Origin: an archaeon
Lineage (GTDB): Archaea > Iainarchaeota > Iainarchaeia > Iainarchaeales > 1-14-0-10-31-34
Direction: 5' to 3'
Length of the DNA: 11,103 nt
Assembly: GCA_043815885.1 (NCBI GenBank)
Contig: JBDRIL010000023.1
Coordinates: 1 to 11,103, forward strand
Shown: positions 7,698 to 11,103 of the stretch, one piece after another
Layout: every line of letters starts with the position of its first letter
How positions within the stretch are numbered: the first letter of the stretch is position 1
Made by a program: the position numbers and the translations under genes
The notes under the pieces: model-generated
Databases searched by the model: none
The model's input: only the letters and a program-made list of their open reading frames with translations
What the model was told of the DNA's origin: nothing

Positions 7698-7698
7698 A

Positions 7699-7770
7699 GA
7701 AGAATTCTTCGGCGAAATATTTGTTTACGTTAAAGAAAAAAATGATTCAGGGAATAAAACAGGTTCTTAA
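7699..7770 (+). repeat. scpA 3'-end repeat, distal copy (reads EEFFGEIFVYVKEKNDSGNKTGS*)
   Basis: Begins one base after the HEPN stop codon. Matches copy 2 at 43/44 and the functional scpA end at 25/30. Confidence 0.92.
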
Positions 7771-7828
7771 TGTCGAAAGGATTAAATGGGTTGATTTATT
7801 AAACTCTTTTTTTCATAGACTGTACGAA

Positions 7829-9715
7829 ATGAAGGCAATTGAATTAGGGAAGGATTTGTGGAATAATTCTTTAATTCTTTCTGGGGGAAAGGGCTTTTTC
7901 TTTAGGCACTGTGATTCAGGGTTTAAAAGCAAGTGGAGTGGATTATGGAAGGATAACAAAAAGTACTTGGAGTATTATTCATTCAGGGTGAATGGAGAAT
8001 GGTGCGGAGAAAAAGCTGTAAGGAAAGCCTTTTTTGACGGAGTGAAGGCTGTCTATGAATATATTGTGAATGGGGTTAAGGTAAGGGAGACATTGCTTGT
8101 TCCTGAAGGGACTTCTTCTTTAATTATTTTAATTGAGTCAGCCAGGGAAATAGAGTTGGAATTGGAGTTGGGGGTAAACATCAGGAGAAGGGAGGAAAAC
8201 TTTACTGGAAGAATTTATGGAGCTGAATTCAGTGAAAAAAGGTTAAGGGCATGGAATGAGTTAGGGGAAATTGCAATTGAAGGAAATTTTTGTTTTGAAG
8301 CAAACTATCATTACAAGGAGCATTTTCCTTCAGGGGAAAGGCAGGACTGCTTTATTCCAGGAAAAATAAGCGCTAAAGGAAAAAAAATAATGTTTTTATT
8401 GAAGCCGAATGAAGGCAGTTTAATTGAGGGCTTCAAAAAAGAATTAAAGGAAAAGGAAGGAATTTATTCTTCGCTTACACGGGGAATGATTGACTGCAAT
8501 GAAAAAAGCATTGTTGAAGGATTTAACTGGAGTGTAATCGGATTAAAGCTATTGGAAAACAATGAAAGCTATTATGCTGGTTATCCTTGGTTTCTGCAGT
8601 ACTGGGGAAGAGACCTTTTATGGAGCCTTCCCGGAATAATTGATTTGGGTTATTTTGGGAAAGCAAAAAAAATTTTATTGAATTTGTTTGAGAACAGCAG
8701 AGAGGGAAGAATTCCGAATTACATTGAGGAAGGGAAGTGCTGTTTTAATTCAATTGATTCCTCTTTATTGTATGTAATTGCCTTGGAACATTTCGCAATG
8801 AATTCAGGGGAAAAAGATTGGCTGAAAGAAAAGCCAGAGCTATTGGAAGGAGTAATTGATTTCATCCTGAAACAAGATTTGGATAAGGATGGATTGATTG
8901 AACACGACTTAAAGGAAAACGAGACATGGATGGATACATTGAATAGGAGAGAGAAGGCAGTTGAAGTGCAGGCACTCTATATTGAGGCACTGGATTCTGC
9001 AAGGAATTTATTTGAATTATTGGGGCGAGGGGAAAAGGCAACTGAATTAAGGAAGATGGAAGCAGTATCCAGAAAAGAATTCAGGGAGAAATTTTCATTG
9101 AATGGATTTTTTGCGGACAGAATAATTGAGGGAAGAAAGGATGGAGTGAAGGCCTGCAATGCATTGGTTCCTTTAATGCTTGGAATAGGGGAAGAGAAAG
9201 CAGTGAATGAATTCGAGAAAGAAGTTTTTTCAACTGAAAAAGGCATTAGGGGCAGGGCAAGGGGAGAGGAAGGATACAGTGGAGAAGGATATCATTCTGG
9301 AAGGGTATGGAGTCTTGCCACTGCATGGATGAGTGCAAGTGAATTCAGGCTGGGGAGAGCAGAGAAGGGAATGCATTACCTGAATATCTTATTGAATGAA
9401 TTAAAGCATAACTGCATTTCAGGGATAGGCGAGACATGGAATGGAGAGACAATGCAGGAAAACGGCTGCTGCATGCAGTTATGGGGCAATGCATTCATTC
9501 CAAGAATAATAGATGAATTCATGCTTGGAATGAAAGTGAATGCATTCGAGAAAAAGATTTCCCTGAAGCCAGTGCTTCCAAAAGGAATCAAGTTCATTAA
9601 GCGAAGAAAGAGGATTGGAGGAAAATGGATTAACCTGAAGATTGAGAGAAAGGGAAAAAAGATAAAAGCAGAAAGCAGTAGTAAGCAGTTCAGGATCCAG
9701 ATAGAAAACATTTAA
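7829..9715 (+). CDS. Amylo-alpha-1,6-glucosidase (glycogen debranching enzyme, GDE_C domain)
   Basis: AGYPWFLQYWGRD, GRIPN, NSIDSSL, TWMD, AVEVQAL and YH.G.VW motifs. Start moved from 7721 to ATG 7829, since the 5' extension overlaps the scpA repeat and a TATA-like TTTATTAA lies at 7795-7802. Confidence 0.88.
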   Translation: MKAIELGKDLWNNSLILSGGKGFFFRHCDSGFKSKWSGLWKDNKKYLEYYSFRVNGEWCGEKAVRKAFFDGVKAVYEYIVNGVKVRETLLVPEGTSSLIILIESAREIELELELGVNIRRREENFTGRIYGAEFSEKRLRAWNELGEIAIEGNFCFEANYHYKEHFPSGERQDCFIPGKISAKGKKIMFLLKPNEGSLIEGFKKELKEKEGIYSSLTRGMIDCNEKSIVEGFNWSVIGLKLLENNESYYAGYPWFLQYWGRDLLWSLPGIIDLGYFGKAKKILLNLFENSREGRIPNYIEEGKCCFNSIDSSLLYVIALEHFAMNSGEKDWLKEKPELLEGVIDFILKQDLDKDGLIEHDLKENETWMDTLNRREKAVEVQALYIEALDSARNLFELLGRGEKATELRKMEAVSRKEFREKFSLNGFFADRIIEGRKDGVKACNALVPLMLGIGEEKAVNEFEKEVFSTEKGIRGRARGEEGYSGEGYHSGRVWSLATAWMSASEFRLGRAEKGMHYLNILLNELKHNCISGIGETWNGETMQENGCCMQLWGNAFIPRIIDEFMLGMKVNAFEKKISLKPVLPKGIKFIKRRKRIGGKWINLKIERKGKKIKAESSSKQFRIQIENI

Positions 9716-9761
9716 GAATTAATTCAACGAAATTAATTAAGGATAGATAGAAGGGTTTTAA

Positions 9762-11103
9762 GTGAAGGAAGAATTAATTGTTCTGGAGGCAAGCTTTGAG
9801 GTTGCAAACAAGGTTGGAGGAATCCACACAGTAATAAGCAGCAAGGCAGGAAAGATGAAAGAAAACTTCAAGGAATATTATGCCATTGGACCTTACTATG
9901 AAAACAAAGCGCAAACAGAATTCGAGGAAAAAGAGGTTCCGGAAAAATTCAGGAAATGCTTTGAAGAACTGGAGAAAGAAACAGGAATAAAGTGCAGGTT
10001 CGGGGAATGGCTTATTCCCGGAAAGAACTGCCACTGCATTTTGGTGGAATTTAATTCCATCAGGCCCAAAATAAATGAAATAAAGAGAGAATTATGGGAA
10101 AAATTCAGGATTGATTCCCTTGGAACAAATGGATGGTTTGATGAACCAGTTCTCTGGGGAAGGGCAGTCGGAATGCTAATAGAGAAGCTGGTGAAAGCAA
10201 ATGTATTCAATGGAGTTCCTGCAGTAGCGCACTTCCATGAATTTCTTTCAGGAACAGGACTGCTTTACCTGAAAGAAAAAAATATTCCGATTAAAACAGT
10301 TTTCACTATTCATGCAACTGTTTTGGGAAGGACTATTGCTGAAAGCAAGAGAGAAAATTTATATGACCTGATTGAAAGAGGAAACAAGGAAAAAAGAAGT
10401 GCTGACAACTCCCTTGCATACAACTACTGGGCGCAGGCAAAGCATTTATTGGAGAAGGCTTCAGCAATAAACGCAGACTGTTTTACTACTGTAAGTGCGG
10501 GTGTTGCAAACGAGGCAGAATTCATTCTCGGAAAAAAACCTGATCTGATTACGCCAAACGGGCTGGATATGGAACAGTTCCCTATAATGGAAGAAATCTC
10601 TATCCTGCACAGGCAGAACAGGGACAGGATAAGGGAATTCGTTGAAGCATACTTTTCTCCGTATTATTACTTTGATGTCAATAATACCTTTGTTTATTTC
10701 ATTACCGGCAGAAGGGAATTCCATAACAAGGGAATAGACCTGTTTATTGATTCTTTGGGGGAACTTAACAGGAGACTGATTCATGAAAAATCAGAGAAGA
10801 CTGTAGTAGCGTTTATCTGGATTGCGGAAGAAGTCACTGCAAGAAATTTTAATGTAATGGAAAACCTTGCAGTATACCAGATGCTGGAGGATGCAGTTGA
10901 AATGGAAACCCCAAAAATAAAGAGGGCATTATTTGAAACACTCATAAAGGGAAAGCACTTAAAAAAAGCTGATTTATTCGATGAAGAATTCATTGAAAAC
11001 ACAAAGAGGATTGTTTTAAAGTTCAAAAGAATGCCAAATGAATTGCCTCCAATATCTGCATTTGACGTTAATGAAAACGAAATAACCTGGGCAATAAAGA
11101 AAA
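9762..11103 (+). CDS. Glycogen synthase, GT3 family (eukaryote-like), 3' partial
   Basis: Manual translation from GTG 9762 is open to the window end: FEVANKVGGIHTV, IGPY, AHFHE, VFTIHATVLGR, FTTVS, PNGL, GR.EFHNKGID. Absent from the ORF track because it has no stop in the window. Confidence 0.92.
   Translation, partial: MKEELIVLEASFEVANKVGGIHTVISSKAGKMKENFKEYYAIGPYYENKAQTEFEEKEVPEKFRKCFEELEKETGIKCRFGEWLIPGKNCHCILVEFNSIRPKINEIKRELWEKFRIDSLGTNGWFDEPVLWGRAVGMLIEKLVKANVFNGVPAVAHFHEFLSGTGLLYLKEKNIPIKTVFTIHATVLGRTIAESKRENLYDLIERGNKEKRSADNSLAYNYWAQAKHLLEKASAINADCFTTVSAGVANEAEFILGKKPDLITPNGLDMEQFPIMEEISILHRQNRDRIREFVEAYFSPYYYFDVNNTFVYFITGRREFHNKGIDLFIDSLGELNRRLIHEKSEKTVVAFIWIAEEVTARNFNVMENLAVYQMLEDAVEMETPKIKRALFETLIKGKHLKKADLFDEEFIENTKRIVLKFKRMPNELPPISAFDVNENEITWAIKK

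Larger units (their letters stand above)
3722..7698. mobile_element. Accessory island / cassette array at the scpA 3' end; no recombinase encoded in the window
   Basis: Bounded and subdivided by direct repeats of the scpA 3' end. Cargo is a surface lipoprotein and two toxin-antitoxin modules, lying between housekeeping genes. Confidence 0.7.

Noticed and set aside
3668..7770. CRISPR array, classical integron or IS element
   Set aside because: Repeats are kilobases apart and derive from coding sequence. No cas, integrase or transposase gene is present, and I could not see canonical attC boxes.
7721..7828. 36-residue N-terminal extension of the debranching enzyme
   Set aside because: It begins inside the scpA repeat at a TTG and spans the likely TATA box; ATG 7829 fits better.
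8977..11026. Minus-strand ORFs 8977..9246, 9376..9711, 9774..10034, 9896..10210, 10461..10784 and 10781..11026
   Set aside because: Shadows of the debranching enzyme and glycogen synthase genes.

Overview
AT-rich archaeal DNA, probably a DPANN-type lineage (inferred from gene content, TATA-box promoters and GGTG/GGAG ribosome-binding sites). The left arm, on the minus strand, carries a KaiC-like ATPase, ahcY and an ABC-2 exporter whose ATPase and permease appear joined by an internal deletion. scpA is transcribed divergently from these. The right arm carries a glycogen debranching enzyme and a GT3-family glycogen synthase that runs off the window and is missing from the ORF track. Between scpA and the glycogen genes (about 3722-7698) lies an accessory island with no integrase. 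It holds a Cys-rich multi-domain lipoprotein gene split by one in-frame TGA, a DUF4258-like toxin with a zinc-finger/AbrB antitoxin, and an HTH-MNT/HEPN pair. The main finding is that each accessory module is followed by a displaced copy of the last codons of scpA (5766, 6495 degraded, 7699). A second 33-bp palindromic motif (TACAA-N19-TTGTA) recurs whole or in part at the module boundaries. Together these suggest a cassette array accreting at the scpA 3' end. The repeats are seen directly in the sequence; the mechanism is inference.
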